This document shows positions 1 to 12,803 of a stretch of DNA of 64,000 nt, piece after piece (position 1 is the first letter of the stretch; every line of letters begins with the position of its first letter). The stretch comes from Hypanus sabinus. Lineage: Eukaryota. The translations under genes were made by a program, and so were the position numbers. The stretch spans positions 25,606,001-25,670,000 of the forward strand of contig NC_082731.1 in assembly GCF_030144855.1 (NCBI RefSeq). Reading direction: 5' to 3'. A model generated the notes under the pieces. It was not told the origin of the DNA. It saw nothing but the letters and a program-made list of their open reading frames with translations, and searched no databases.

Positions 1-120
1 AGTAACGAAACGGCTGCACTGTTGCAAAACTGATGAACTGATTTGTGTATTGACAGTTGGTTCATGAACTTAATGTTTGATGGGAACACAAAATTACAAC
101 TGCAGATGCTGTGGATCAAA

Positions 121-280
121 GAATACGTACACAACGCAGGAAGAACTTAGAAGCTCAGGCAGCATCCGTGAGAAGAGAGCAGCCAACCTTTCGGGCCGAG
201 AACCGGTTTGAAATGTTGCGACGCTTTTCTCACAGATGCTGCCTGACCTACTGAGTTCTTCCAGCGTAGTGTACGTATTC
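121..280. repeat. 54-bp inverted repeat made of Penelope/SINE-type terminal sequence
   Basis: 121-174 against the reverse complement of 227-280 gives 48/54 identities. It contains the gatgctgcctgacc...ctgagttc motif also seen at Penelope ends in this window. Confidence 0.8.
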
Positions 281-1194
281 GTATGTTTGATGGGAGATAG
301 CTGTTCTCTAACTTGCTGCTGCGAGACATCAGTAGTCGGTGCCTCCTGGGATAGTAAGTGAAAAAGGACGGCATATTTACGTGCCATTATAATCACGATG
401 CCGTTAAGAATTGGTTCATTATCTCTGACACACACTGTTGCCACGAACACAAACAACATGCGAATATTGACAATGAATACGTTATGTGCCCTGGAGATGG
501 CAACACACAGTCAGCAAAACAGAAGAAATCAAAAGGAAAATCGACAATATATAGGAAGATGAATGGTCAAAATCGATAAAAATGCACTGAGACAAACTAA
601 AACAATAGACACCAAGGAAGACCACGAATTTGAAGTAAACAGTAGTATTCAAGAGGATCTCGACGAGTCGGACATCATTTGTAGAGGAAAAAATTCCAGG
701 TTTCTGGTCGGATATTCCGGTATCAACACTCATTGTCCAGAGAAATCTGATAACATCAAGAGAACAATGTTCAAATTATGCAATTGTCAGTGAATGATTG
801 AAGCAGTCGGGACTAATCAAATGACAAGTACCCGTGGCATAGTTACTCTTTCGGTCTATCGTACTTGTATCAACTTTTCATTGCATATTTGTGCCCCGAG
901 TTTGACCAGGAAAGCGAATATCCTTCCTTTTCCAAGATTGAAAAGTTTAATATCATTCCCAGTACACAACAGCAAAACATAATAAAATGATTATTTTTTT
1001 CCTTATCAGATGAAGCAGAAAGTAAGCACAATAAGATAAAGAGCACAAGAAAAAAAAAAACAAATATAAAATAAACATATGATAGAATACTTACTTTGAT
1101 CGATAGTATGTGAATAAACTGAGACGAGATACGGGGGTGTCTGTACTTAAAGTTACTTTGATAGTAAAAGCACTAGTAGTACTCGGTTGTGTGC

Positions 1195-2290
1195 TGGTTC
1201 AGGGTAGTAGTTGGAAGTGTTGATCAGGTTTCCCTCTGGGAGAAAATCAACTGTTGTTAGGGTGTTGTTCCGCCGTGGAGTCCATGTCACCTCTTCCATG
1301 AATGTTGTTGGAAAAACATTGCATGAGCAGACATGGTAGGATCCTTCATGCTAGTAATGGCCTTTCCCTAGTATTTTCTTGTATAAAGGTCTTTGAGAAT
1401 AAGTAGGATGGTACCAATAATGCACTGAATAGTTTTATGTACCTGTTGTGAAGCCTTCCTGTCCAATTTAGTGCTGTTTCTCTGCCAAACAGTATGCAAA
1501 GGATAACGATGCCCTCGACAACGTTTTTGTAGAAAGAGCATCTTGAAGATTGATGTGCAAATTACAACATTCTTCCTCCACCTCTGAAATTTTAGGCTTT
1601 GGTGAGCTTTTTGATTCTTTCTGGTTTGCTCTGGAACCATGAGAGGCTGTGGGTTATTGGGCTTGAAACTGCTCGCAAGTTCCGCAGCTGTGTCACATTT
1701 GTAAAGAGGGATGCAAGTAGTGATGTTGATAACTATATCTCTTGTATCGTTGATGTGATGGAGAGATTATTTGTCTGATTCCAGGACTCGAGCTCTTCCA
1801 TCTCCTCTCTGCTGGCTATGACGTTTTTTTTGTTGGTAATGCACCCCACCACTGTCCTGTCATCGAAGAACTCGACAATATTATTATACAGGTGCATGGG
1901 TGTGAACTCAGCATACAGCTCGTTCGAGTGCGGGGCGGACCCGTATTGAGGACAATGGTAAGAGATGAGCGTTTGTGAATTGTGATTATCTGAGGTCTGT
2001 TGGTTCCAAAGTCCGACATACAGCTGCATAGAGAATAATAAGTTCTAGGAATAGCAGATTTCTCACCGAGTGGCAATAACCTTGAGTTCCGAACAGAAAC
2101 GACATGCTGACATTGGTGACATTGTTTTCTAGGTGTGTCAGGGCCAGATCGTGACAGATTCCATGATATTTGTCGCAGAGACTCTCTGTCGGATGGCAAT
2201 TTTTTCAATCTGCAGTGTGACAGGAATGGATGTTTATGATGTATGGCATTACCAGCGGTTGAAATCACTTAAAGATGATCGGTGTCAGTG
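1195..2290 (-). mobile_element. Degenerate Rex1/Babar-like LINE (RT 3' part and tail)
   Basis: Frameshifted RT motifs (..NTGPP.., IVEFFDDRTVVGCITN, WNQTNNLS) followed by a typical tail (atgaaggatcctacc...ctgatcaacacttcc). Confidence 0.75.
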
Positions 2291-2379
2291 CCACCGGCCA
2301 TTACTTTTATTTATTCTGCATTTGTACATTTTGTTGGGGCAAGGAACCTGGTGGTTGATTTGGGGTAGAAATACGAGGA

Positions 2380-4010
2380 AGTCTGCAGGTGCTGGAAAAC
2401 CAAAGAAACACTCATAAAATGCTGAAAGGACTCAGCAGGTCAGGCAACAACGGTGGAAAACTCTACACAGTTGAAATCTCTCTTCAAAACACTAAAGGAT
2501 GGGGTGAAGTCAGAGTAAGAATATGGGGGATTGAAAGAAAAAAGTGCAAAGTGGTAGATGATAAGTGAAACTGGGAGTAGGACAGCGGGTGTATTACTGA
2601 GTTGGAAATATGATTGGTAAGAGACGAAGCCTGGCGGAGCGAGAATCTGATCGGAGAGGACATGTGACTATGAGCGAAAAGTAAGAGAGACGAGCGCTAG
2701 AGAAAGATAATAAGCAGGTAAGGAGTTAAAGGGAGAAACAGAAACAGGAAAGAAGAATGCTTACGCTGTGAGCCAATTATCAGAACTTTCAGAAATCGAC
2801 AACCACGATATCAACTTGGAAGATACTCAGACGGCATATACGGTGTTGCGTATCCAAACTGCTTGTGCCCTTATCACGGCAGCAGAGGAGGCCACGAACT
2901 GGCACACCGGAATGTGAATGGGAAGTGCAATTGAAATGAGTGATTACAGTAAGATCCCGTTTTTTTTCTCTCTGGTGAGTTTGGGTCAAGCGATCTACCG
3001 ATCTCAGTCGAGTTTCACTGATGTAAAACGGGCCACAATGGCGTTAATAGATACAACAGATGACAACAACAGTCTCGCAGGTAAAGTGTCAACTCACCTG
3101 TAAGTATTGTTCCGGGCACTGAAATTTCATGTGCTAGGAACTGTAAGGGCAGGGATGGGATTTGTTCCGCTTAAATGCTCAAGTAGTAGAAGGTCAATCA
3201 GAGGGAAGGAACGAATGGACAAAGGTGTCACGTAGGGAGATATCACTGCAGAAATCGAAAACATGTAGGAGGGAGGTTGCTTGCAGGTGTTTGGAGATGG
3301 GATCCCGTTGGAGGGTGAAGATAGTGATCAAGAATTACGTGTAGGTCAAGAGAGGCAAGCAGTCTGCCTGCACCTCTATTCTCCTCCGTCTTGAGGAACT
3401 GCTCCTCACTCTCAATAATTCAGCTTTGCATCCTCTTTCTTCTTTCAGGCTAATGATATGGTCATGAGACCACACAGGGATCCCAGCTACGCCTACCTTT
3501 TTGTCGGTTACATGGAACAGTCTATATGCCCACACTAAATCAGCATCACTCCCCAACTCTTCCTATGCTACATCGACGGCAGCTTTCGTTCTGCTTCTTG
3601 CATCTTTGTGAAACTCATCGACTTCATCAACTTTGGTTCATCTTACACACTGATCTCAAATATACTTGGTCCATATCAGACAACTCTCTGCTCTTTCTCG
3701 ATCTCCTTGCCTCCATTTCGCAGACAGTATGTCTACTGGTATGTTTTCTAAACCCAATGACTTTCACTGACAAACGATGCGTCTTCCATGTCATTTTTAG
3801 ATATGTTAACCCTTTATCTCCTTTCCGCCGTTTCCGCCTCATCTGTTCCCATATTGGAGGTTTTTCTTCATTCCTGAACTAAGGTGCTGTCCTCCGTCTT
3901 CAAAGAAATCAGTTTCCCTTACTCAACCATTAATGTTGCCATGACCTGCATGCTGTCCATTTCGCGTACTTTTGCCCTCACCCGTCCGTCCCGCAATCAC
4001 ATCAGAGATC
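2380..4010 (-). mobile_element. Penelope-like element with an internal inversion (3' part on minus about 3362-2380; RT fragment on plus about 3365-4010)
   Basis: Both parts match the colinear copy at 30400-31985: the RT YIDD-like region on plus, and the GIY-YIG region and terminal motif on minus. Confidence 0.75.
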
Positions 4011-6649
4011 CTGTTGGCCATGATACAATTATAATATGGAAGAAAACATCGCACCCGAATGGCAAAGGACAGTGGATGAAGGCGGGTCAACAATCCTTTT
4101 TCCATGTGCTTCGGGGTGGACGCTACCATTTTCTGGAAATGTTTTACATCCTTATTTTTGTGACATGAAGTTGCTTGGATTTCTGTTTTCTACTGTAAGC
4201 ACGATGATGCAACACGTAATCTGCTGGACTACAGATCATTTCCAATAAAGAAGTTATTTTTCAGTTGTTCTTTGATGTAATATACCATGCAGGTTTGTGA
4301 ATGTTGGCATTGGTGCCTGCATTGAATGATTGGAGATAGCTGCTAAAGCTAACACAGAGCCATACATCACCGATAATCACTTGCTACGAAGGCGGCAATA
4401 AACGGATGCTGGCGTGGAGCAGAGGCAACAAAAAAAAGTGATCAATTTAAGCCAGATGATACATAGCCTATAACATTGAAATGCAATATTTGAATTGGAA
4501 GTGAACAAATATAAAAGTGATTTCTTCCAGTGTGCTGTCAACAGTAGCTCACTGTAGAGACATGTCATCGCAAATAAAAACCGCCATGGCAGGAGATAGC
4601 GTAGGAAGGGACCGATCATCTGGCCAACGGAGTTCCCCAACTTATAATTTGGCTATGTGGTATGGGTAATTATCGGTACAAAGGGAAGAATGGAAATCAT
4701 TTTCTATGTTGTTGGCCGGGGTGAACATAATTACGATGTTGTTGTTGGGGAGACAATAAAGCGTAAGCTTCAAATAATTAGGAGTTCCATAGTGAATTTC
4801 CGAACCTAGGTTGGTTGACGAACGCTGAACAATAGGGTTCCTCCTGTCTTCTCCTACCATCCCATTAGCCTCCACGTTTGTTTGCCTGCCGCATAATTAC
4901 AGAAATACAATTTGAAATAGTTAAAAGAAAATATGCTGTACAGATCTCAATGATACTTTCTCTTGTTCTTATAATTATTATTATTATTATTAATTCGGTG
5001 CTGCTATTCTTATGTATCTCTCAAATTCTCAGGTTAACTATCGACAATGCTGATGTACTTTGCGCCGATATTTATTACTCTTTTAATCTACGTAAAACGC
5101 AAAGATATCTGTTTGGCAATTGTATTCTCGGCATCTACACACGTTATCAATTCGGAGGAGGGTGATTGACTTGTGTTGATAGTGTCTTCGAAAAGAGAAA
5201 TTTAACATTGTCTGCCAAACCGTATGCTGCACATATCTGTTACATTGAGCTGATCTTGGAATAGATATGTCGGCTGCATAGGATATCGTACATCACTGCC
5301 TGTTATAGGCTGTGAGAATAGATCTAATGATATTGATCCTTAACGTTCAAATTCGGTGGATCAAGTTTAATTCACAAGTTCCTGGGACGGGGAACCTGTT
5401 AACGGAGGTAATTTCCACCAAATCCATGCAAGTATTTTAACATGAAAGAGATATGTTTCGAGAAATAAAATCATGCGATATACAAATCAGAAAGGGTTCC
5501 TTCGGTCTGAAACTTTGCCTAAAACTCTCCGCCATGTGCTGTCAGTTTATCCGGTGATGAAGGAATTAATTAGATCTACACCTATACTGGACGGTCGTCA
5601 CACCGTCATCTCACGAGGAACAGAGTGGTCCAAAAAGAAAACACCCTCAGATTGCACTGCCCTTAGAAAATCCTCTGGAGTTTTCACAACCGTTCAAAAC
5701 TTTTTCCATTGTTCGTAAAGGTTTAACCTGTTAAAACTGCCCTGACCCGACGAATTTTACTTCCAAGTTAGTCAGCGTCTGGTGCCAGTTCGAGTAAGTC
5801 TTCTGGAATCTCAAAGCACGTGTCGATATTGAGTCTGTGCTGAGTCTCGTCAGCACGATTTAGTCCTAACGACATTCGATGTATTATTTTAAATAAAATA
5901 CTTGTTTTTCTTTAGCAAAATTAAATGCAGGCGCAAGAATAATTTAAACCTAGCAGTCTGGGAGAGAGAAATAAGTTCCCAGTATCAAAAAAAAAAACTA
6001 CCCTCGTTTTATAGTACTAAATATTGCCTTTATGGAAGTTCCCTTCCGGAGAGTTTTTAGTTGACTTAGTTAGTACATCTGCCTCAGTTAATGCAAGTCA
6101 GGCATCCCAAGCTTCAACAGTGCTGTAACCTCCGAGCCTTTTTTCTCCCCCTGCAGGATCAGTTTACATTTCTGTTATGGATTTACCAAATAAAGTAACA
6201 TTGGAAATGTATTCCATGATATATTTGTCTCACCGTCTGGTGTTTGGAAGATAACAGCAAATTTGATCATAATGTTAAAATATGCTCACGGGGCTTTAAG
6301 CTTCACGGCGATTTGTGATTTATGAATCGGGCAAAATAGATGGTTGAAAATTCACATAACTGAATGCTAATCTTGGTCGTTTTATGTATTTGCAATGTGA
6401 GCCTACTTCTGCTCTGTACCAGATTAACTGCTAATTCGCTGATTGAATTTTAAGTCCCAGGAAAGGAAACCACAGTCTGACCGTTTGGGGAAACGTACAA
6501 TTGTTAGCACCGTCTTACTGAAACCGCACATTAAGTACGTTTATACTTGCGTGAAATTCTCAAATGTGCGCCAGTTATGTTGTTACTGATACATGCAGAG
6601 CAATATTAATTAACCCTATTTTTACTGGGAATATATAAAATAAGAGCTC

Positions 6650-8570
6650 TATGTTACCATAGAAGCATAGATAATCTACAGCACAATACAGGCCCTTCGG
6701 CACACAGAGATGCGCCGAACATGCAGCAACCTATCGTATCCGCCTCCACCATCACTGCCGGCAGCCCATTCCACGCCCTCAACACACTCTGAGTAAAAAA
6801 TCTACCCATGTTATCTCCTCTGTACCGACTGCACAGCACCTTAAACCTGTGTCCTCTTGCTGCAACATTTCAGCCCTGGGGGGGGGGAAAAAAAAGAAGA
6901 AAAAAACATCTGACTATCAATATGATATATACCTCTATTCATCCTGTACATCTCTATCAGGTCACCTCTCATCCCCACTTCGCTCCAAAGAGAAAAGGCC
7001 GAGTTCACTCAACCTATTGTCATAAGGCATGCTCCCCAATTCAGATAACATCCTTTTAAATCTTCGTTGCACCGTTTCTATTGCTTCCACATTCTTCCGT
7101 TAGGGAGGCGACCATAGCTGAGCACAGTACACCAAGTGGGATCTGACCCCCGTCCTAAGTAACTGTAACATTACGTATCGACTCCAAAATTCAACTCGAC
7201 GATTGAAGTTGGCTAATACACCATACACCTTCTTAACCACAGAGTCAACCATCGCAGCTGCTTTGAGCGTCCTATGGAATCTGACACCAACATCCCTCTG
7301 ATCTTCTACACTGCCATGAGTCTTCCAATTATGAGTATATTCTGCTATCATATTTGACCTACCAAAATGATCCACTTCACACTTATCTGGGTTCAAATCT
7401 ATCTTCCACTTCTCAGCCCAGCTTTGCATTCTATCAATATCCTGCAGCAACCTTTTACAGCCCTCCACACTATCCACAGCACCTCCAACATTTGTGTTAT
7501 CAGCAAACTTACTAACCCAACCCTCCAATTCTACGTACAGGTCACATAAAAATAAGGAAGAGTAAGGGTCCCAGAAGAGATCTCTGAGGCACTCTTCTGG
7601 TGACGACCTCCATGTAGAATATGACCGGACTACAACCAATTCTTACCTTCTGTGGGCAATCCAGTTCTGGATCCACAAAGCAATGGCTCCTTGGATCCCA
7701 GTCCTCCTGCCTTTCTCAATAAGGCTTGCATCGGGTAGCTTACCAAATGCCTTGCTGAAATTCATGTACACTGCATTTACTGCTCTTCCTTCATCAATGT
7801 GTTTAGACACACCTACACAAAATAAAATAATCAGGCTTGTTAGGTACGACCTGTCCTTAACAAAGTCTTACCGACTACTCCTGATCATATTATACCTCTC
7901 CAAATGTTCATAAATCCTGCCTCTCAGGACTTCTCCATCAACTTACTAACACTGAGGTAAGACTCACTGGTCTATAATTTCCTAGGCTACATCTACTTCA
8001 TTTCTTGAATAAAGGAAAAACATCCGTAACCCTCCAATCATCTGGAAACTCTGGCGTCCCCAGTGTTCATGCAAAGATATCGCTAATGGCTCAATAATCT
8101 CCTACATCGCCTCCCAGAGGCCTGGGGTACATTTTGTTTGAAACCCGCGACTTATCTAACGACGCTTTCCAAAATCTGCAGCATATACACTTTCTTAATA
8201 TCGATATGCTCAAGCTTATCAGTCTGCGGTGAATCATAACTACAGTCAATAAGATACTTTTCCATAGTGAATACTGAAGTAAAGTTCTCATTACGTACCT
8301 CTGCTATTTCCTCCGTTCAATGCACACTTACCCACTGCCACACTTGATAGGTCCTTTTCTTTCACATCTTATCCTTTTGCTCTTCACATACTTGTAGAAT
8401 GTCTTGGTGTTTTATTCGCGCCAAGGCATTCTCGTAGGCCCTTATATCTCCCCTATTTCCTTCTTAAACTCCTTCCTAGTAGCCTTATAGTCTTATAGAT
8501 CTTTAACATTACCTAGCTCTCTGATACTTTTGTAAGCTTTTCTTTTCCTCTTGAATAGTTTTCTTTGCTT
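6650..8570 (-). mobile_element. CR1 LINE, 5'-truncated ORF2 RT and 3' end
   Basis: ORF 7639-7100 WVSKFADNTNVGG...LDPDKCEV-like...HLVYCAQLWSP; CR1 tail ending near 6650. Confidence 0.9.
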
Positions 8571-10548
8571 TCTGACTAACCTGGGAGAGATAGAAAACTG
8601 GTGAAATATACAATGATTTTCAACGATATGTTTATGAGCGTGGGTTTTGTCCTCCTACATTCCTAAAAAGCATTCGAATTTCAACGAAGCAACGTTATCA
8701 TTTCATAACCACATAACGGACGTTCAACCGGGGTTTATGACTCCTATAGGCAAAATTCGTAGATTCATAGATACAACAGGGAATATGGGACTTCAAACTT
8801 GTCCATGCCCACTGTGTTGCTAGTGGAACTGGTCCAGTGACATGCATTTGGCCCATACAACTACATCCTTTTTCCTATCCACGTACCCAGCAAAATCTCC
8901 TTCAAGTCTGCTCCTGTACACAAACTCCCAATTGTTCAGTCATCTTGTTTCATATACTTACCATTTTTTTTCGGAGAAATCTGTCAGTCACAACCTCTTG
9001 AAATGGCCTTCTTGTCACCATCTCCAGTCCTTTTGTGTTTTGAGCAATGTATTGTACAGAAAGACTCTGAACGTTCGTCTTCCCCAGGCTTGCCAGTATT
9101 CTGAACACAACGACGTGTGAATCGAGTTTCTGAAGTAATATTTGCAGTTATACTCGTCTAGTTGCAGCAATAATGACGACAAGGTAAAATAAGCTTCTCG
9201 GCCTCTGGCACAGGGAATACAACGTCCATGACTATCCAGTCTCGTCTCAGAACTCTGCTACCCATTCCCAGTAACATTTTTAGGAATAATTATCTGTCTT
9301 CTTTCTGTCATTATTTTTACAACATTTTGTGAAGGGCAACACAAATTACTCCAAATGTTGTCTCCGCACATCTTGTGCAATTGTACATATTTGAGATCTA
9401 CCTCAAAATGTGCTGGCTGGACAGGAATAAATGAAATAACAGCAGACATTAGAATAGCATGATGACGTAAGTAGCATTTCTCTCCCTCGCATCTAAGCAG
9501 TTCGAAAGAGATATATCCAACACGACTGTGTGTTATATCAGGAAGTGCCCAGCTCATCGATTACAGAGCACTTCAATTTATCAGCCATCTATTGGAGGCA
9601 AAGGGAATTCCAAAGTAGGCGTCGAGCTGCGACGTCTCAAAATCTAGGAGCATCAAGCATAGAAGAGAAATATAAAACACTCAAGAGATTTATTTCCTTT
9701 GCTTTCAATAGTTGTGTCACATGATGGGGTTAATGAGGAAATGTTGTTTTCAATTCTCAGGGAGACACATAAGAAGCAGTTATAGAAAATGGAGAGGGAG
9801 ATAAGCAGAATTAAGCAGTATTTTCCTTCCAGCGGTTGAAATTGAAATATTTATGATCAACGGAAAACCATTAAGCGAGTTCAAGTTATCTCTTGCAACG
9901 GACGGCTTTTGAATCCTGCTGCCTGGAGATCAAGTGCAGTTCGTATTCACTTCACAGCGAAATAACTGGCATTAATGCATCAGTATGGTTTGCCAACATG
10001 TTGCTACTTAGCTACAAAATGTTTTTTAAAGGTCAAAAGCATTTTAGCTCATCCAATGAGCACGATGATCCATGCAGTTACGAATATATGAAAAAATCCA
10101 TATGAGAAATAATATCAATATTTTTGAAAGTATTATTCAGCCAAATTTCTGTTTTCTTACTTACACGTGCTCTCTTCTTGGGGTAATCCTAGGAACAACT
10201 ATAGCTTTGAAGCTGCTCACTAGTTACACTTTAATTAGCAGAGATGATAAAAAATATTTACACCAACAATGCTTGACACAGTATGTATTGTTCATAGCTT
10301 GGTATTGACTCTTTTCCTTTCTTATATGCATGGGGCAAATAGATGAGCACACAGTGAAATATATAAATTCAGATAATAGTTAAAGAAATTTTGATCGAAA
10401 TTTAAAGTTACATTTTTCTATACAATGACAATAACTCGTGCCTTTCTTCGATACGTGGAAGAATTAATCTGGTCGTGTCAAATGGGAATCTACAAATGCT
10501 ATTGCAAATAAGTCTCAAGAAAAGAGGACAAGTGTAGCGATAAGAAAG

Positions 10549-10550
<2 letters not shown>

Positions 10551-10585
<35 letters not shown>

Positions 10586-10727
10586 ACTCCCAACGCCACA
10601 GGCACGTCCCTGTGATGATAAATAATAAAGTTAGAACCACAGCAGGAAGCTTCAAAGAAGAATTTAAAATTTGTCTCCATGAAGGTGGATAACCGTAGAG
10701 GTAAGAAAACGCTGAAATGAGGTGACA

Positions 10728-10767
<40 letters not shown>
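10551..10767. repeat. Two (CA)n microsatellites (about 10551-10583 and 10731-10767)
   Basis: Direct reading. They produce the spurious VCVCVC ORFs. Confidence 0.95.
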
Positions 10768-10768
<1 letters not shown>

Positions 10769-11699
10769 ACTTGTCTGTGATTATAAATGTAGAACTACAG
10801 ACATAAGCTTCTATAGGGATTTTAAAATATTATCTTAAATCCACGTAAATCAATTCAAAAATATTAATATAAGCTGTGGAACATGGAGCGATAATAAAGC
10901 TATCTGCTGTAAGGACTCAACGAGTCAAGCAACATCTGCGCAGGGAACAGGATGATGCAGGGTAAGGACATGAGGTATAGATTATCCCTTGGTGTCTCTC
11001 GATGACGCTTTGCCCTCTGAGTTTTTCTAACAGCTGATTTATAGTGTTTGAGATACAGTGTCTCAGCGATGAATTGGTATAAGCAATTTAATTGCGCCCG
11101 ATAATGAGTACAATGCACCAACACCAACCGTGTGTTCTGTGTACACTTAACAGCAGGGTTTTAGTTTTTTTTTTGACAATATTCCATCTTGTAACCGCAG
11201 GTGTTTTATCAGGTACAGTCGGACCATTTTGTCTCCAAGCGGCCCACAAGTAACCCGCTGGCGGTAATTCAATGTATTGAAAAGGGAACAGCGGAAGATA
11301 AAATTTAATTCCAAGAAATCCTAAAACAACAATATCTAAATGAAACACATTCATAAGCACATAAGCACATTCAAATGTACTGGCTCTTGCTCAGATATGG
11401 AACATCTATACAGAGAGAATGCATTGAAGGGGATACTCCGCATTGATTACAGCTTAGCAGTCATCACTATAATCCCTCAGAACGAATAACTAAATTCCAA
11501 GACATAGGCCTCGATATCTCCATGTGTAATTGCATCTTCGATGATCTTGCATGCAGACCCCAATCAAAAAGGTTTAGCAACATATTCTCCACAATGAACC
11601 TAAGCACGTAGACACAACTAGGCCGTGTGTTTTGCCTTCTGATCTAGTCGCTCTACAGTTCTGACTGTGTGGTTAAGTACGGCTTCAATGCCATATTTA

Positions 11700-12170
11700 A
11701 GTTTACCAGCCTACCATATTTGAATTTTACCAGGATACTGCCTGGATTACAGGGCATGAGCTATCAGAGAAGGCTGGAGACACATGGGTTGTTTTCGCTG
11801 GTACGGCAAGATATGCGGAGGATCCGACAGAAGTTCATGATTGTTGGGAGCATGGATAGAACAGACAGCCAACATCATTTTCTCAGGATTGAGCAGTCCA
11901 GTAACAGAGAGGATGTTTTTAATATGAGTTGGTAAAATCAATCGTGATTTGCTGGGTAACCATTTACAACGACATGTGTGGGTTACTGGAATGTTCTTCC
12001 TGGCGTGGTAATACAGAAATACAGGATAGGACTGTTGAAAATGTCCTTATATAGACATGTAAATAAGCAGGAAATGCAGATAATAGGCATTCCGGGGGGA
12101 AAATGATCAGTTTGGCGGGCATTAATGGCTCTGCACAACATTGTTAGCTGTGTACCATGTTCTGTGTGCT
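11700..12170 (+). mobile_element. CR1 LINE 3' fragment
   Basis: FTRILPGLQGMSYQRRLETHGLFSL motif and CR1 3' tail. Confidence 0.75.
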
Positions 12171-12764
12171 AAAACTGGAGTAGTGAAGTCTTAGTCCAGA
12201 TTTATAAAACATGTCATTCCATATATGGAATATCGTCCTGTCAGAGTAGTACTTGTCTTTTTTGAGTCGGAAGAGATACGGCAAATAAATAACACGGGTT
12301 ACTTATTGGGTGTCAGAGGACGTCTGGAGTACCTGCAATATCGAACGAGGAAATAATCAGCTGATTGGATATGGAATCTGTTTAATTTCCTGGAATATGT
12401 ACTGCCATCATTGAAGCTCGCAAATACCTTGTAGGGTCTCAGTGTCGTGAAAAAATAAACGATGCTTCCCTGCGAGGTGTCAATTATTAGAAAGTGGGGT
12501 TAAATGCCGTTGCCCAATCTGAAGTGGGATGTGTGAGAACCTTCTCATTCAAATGCAGCTGAATCATTCTAAGTCTCGTCTCAAATAGATGTTTATGTTT
12601 TATTTATAAAGAGCAGAGAAAATCTGAAATGAGGGGCCTTGGAACTTCCTCTTTGTCATTTGCAAAATTATTGCTGTAATTGCTGCTTTTTTTTTGTAAA
12701 TTGCCTGCTTATTCCTCTAAGTTTACTGCTCTTAGTTTCTTTCAAAAAGCCTTTACGGTGTTTG

Positions 12765-12803
12765 AGTTTTTACACATGCTCGGCCACCAATTGTATTACT
12801 GTG
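12765..12803 (-). promoter_or_regulatory. Recombination signal sequence (23-RSS) of V1
   Basis: CACAGTA - 23 nt (ATACAATTGGTGGCCGAGCATGT) - GTAAAAACT immediately after YYCAAS. Consensus is CACAGTG/ACAAAAACC. Confidence 0.9.

Noticed and set aside
1095-1424. 330-nt AG...GT-bounded minus-strand 'exon' reading HVCSCNVFPTTFMEEVTW (C1-domain-like), downstream of V1
   Set aside because: It is the 3' tail of the Rex1/Babar-like LINE directly upstream on the same strand; it has three stops and no second Cys.
3030-3140. J-like PGTILT|gtgagt mini-exon and a CACAATG-12-ACAACAGAT RSS-like site
   Set aside because: Both lie inside the Penelope GIY-YIG region; the same sequence occurs at about 37170-37280.
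5030-5175. LTIDNADVLCADIYYS...FGGG*LT resembling a joined VJ end
   Set aside because: No Cys in the YYC position, an (ATT)n microsatellite where FR1-FR2 should be, and a stop after FGGG.
6157-6260. Strong acceptor followed by SVYISV...KVTL...RLVFGR*
   Set aside because: Short, stop-terminated, no RSS or Cys; likely chance.
9761-9990. C1/beta-2-microglobulin-like string FLPAVEIEIFMINGKP...LATDGF
   Set aside because: No cysteines, several stops, and on the strand opposite V1.
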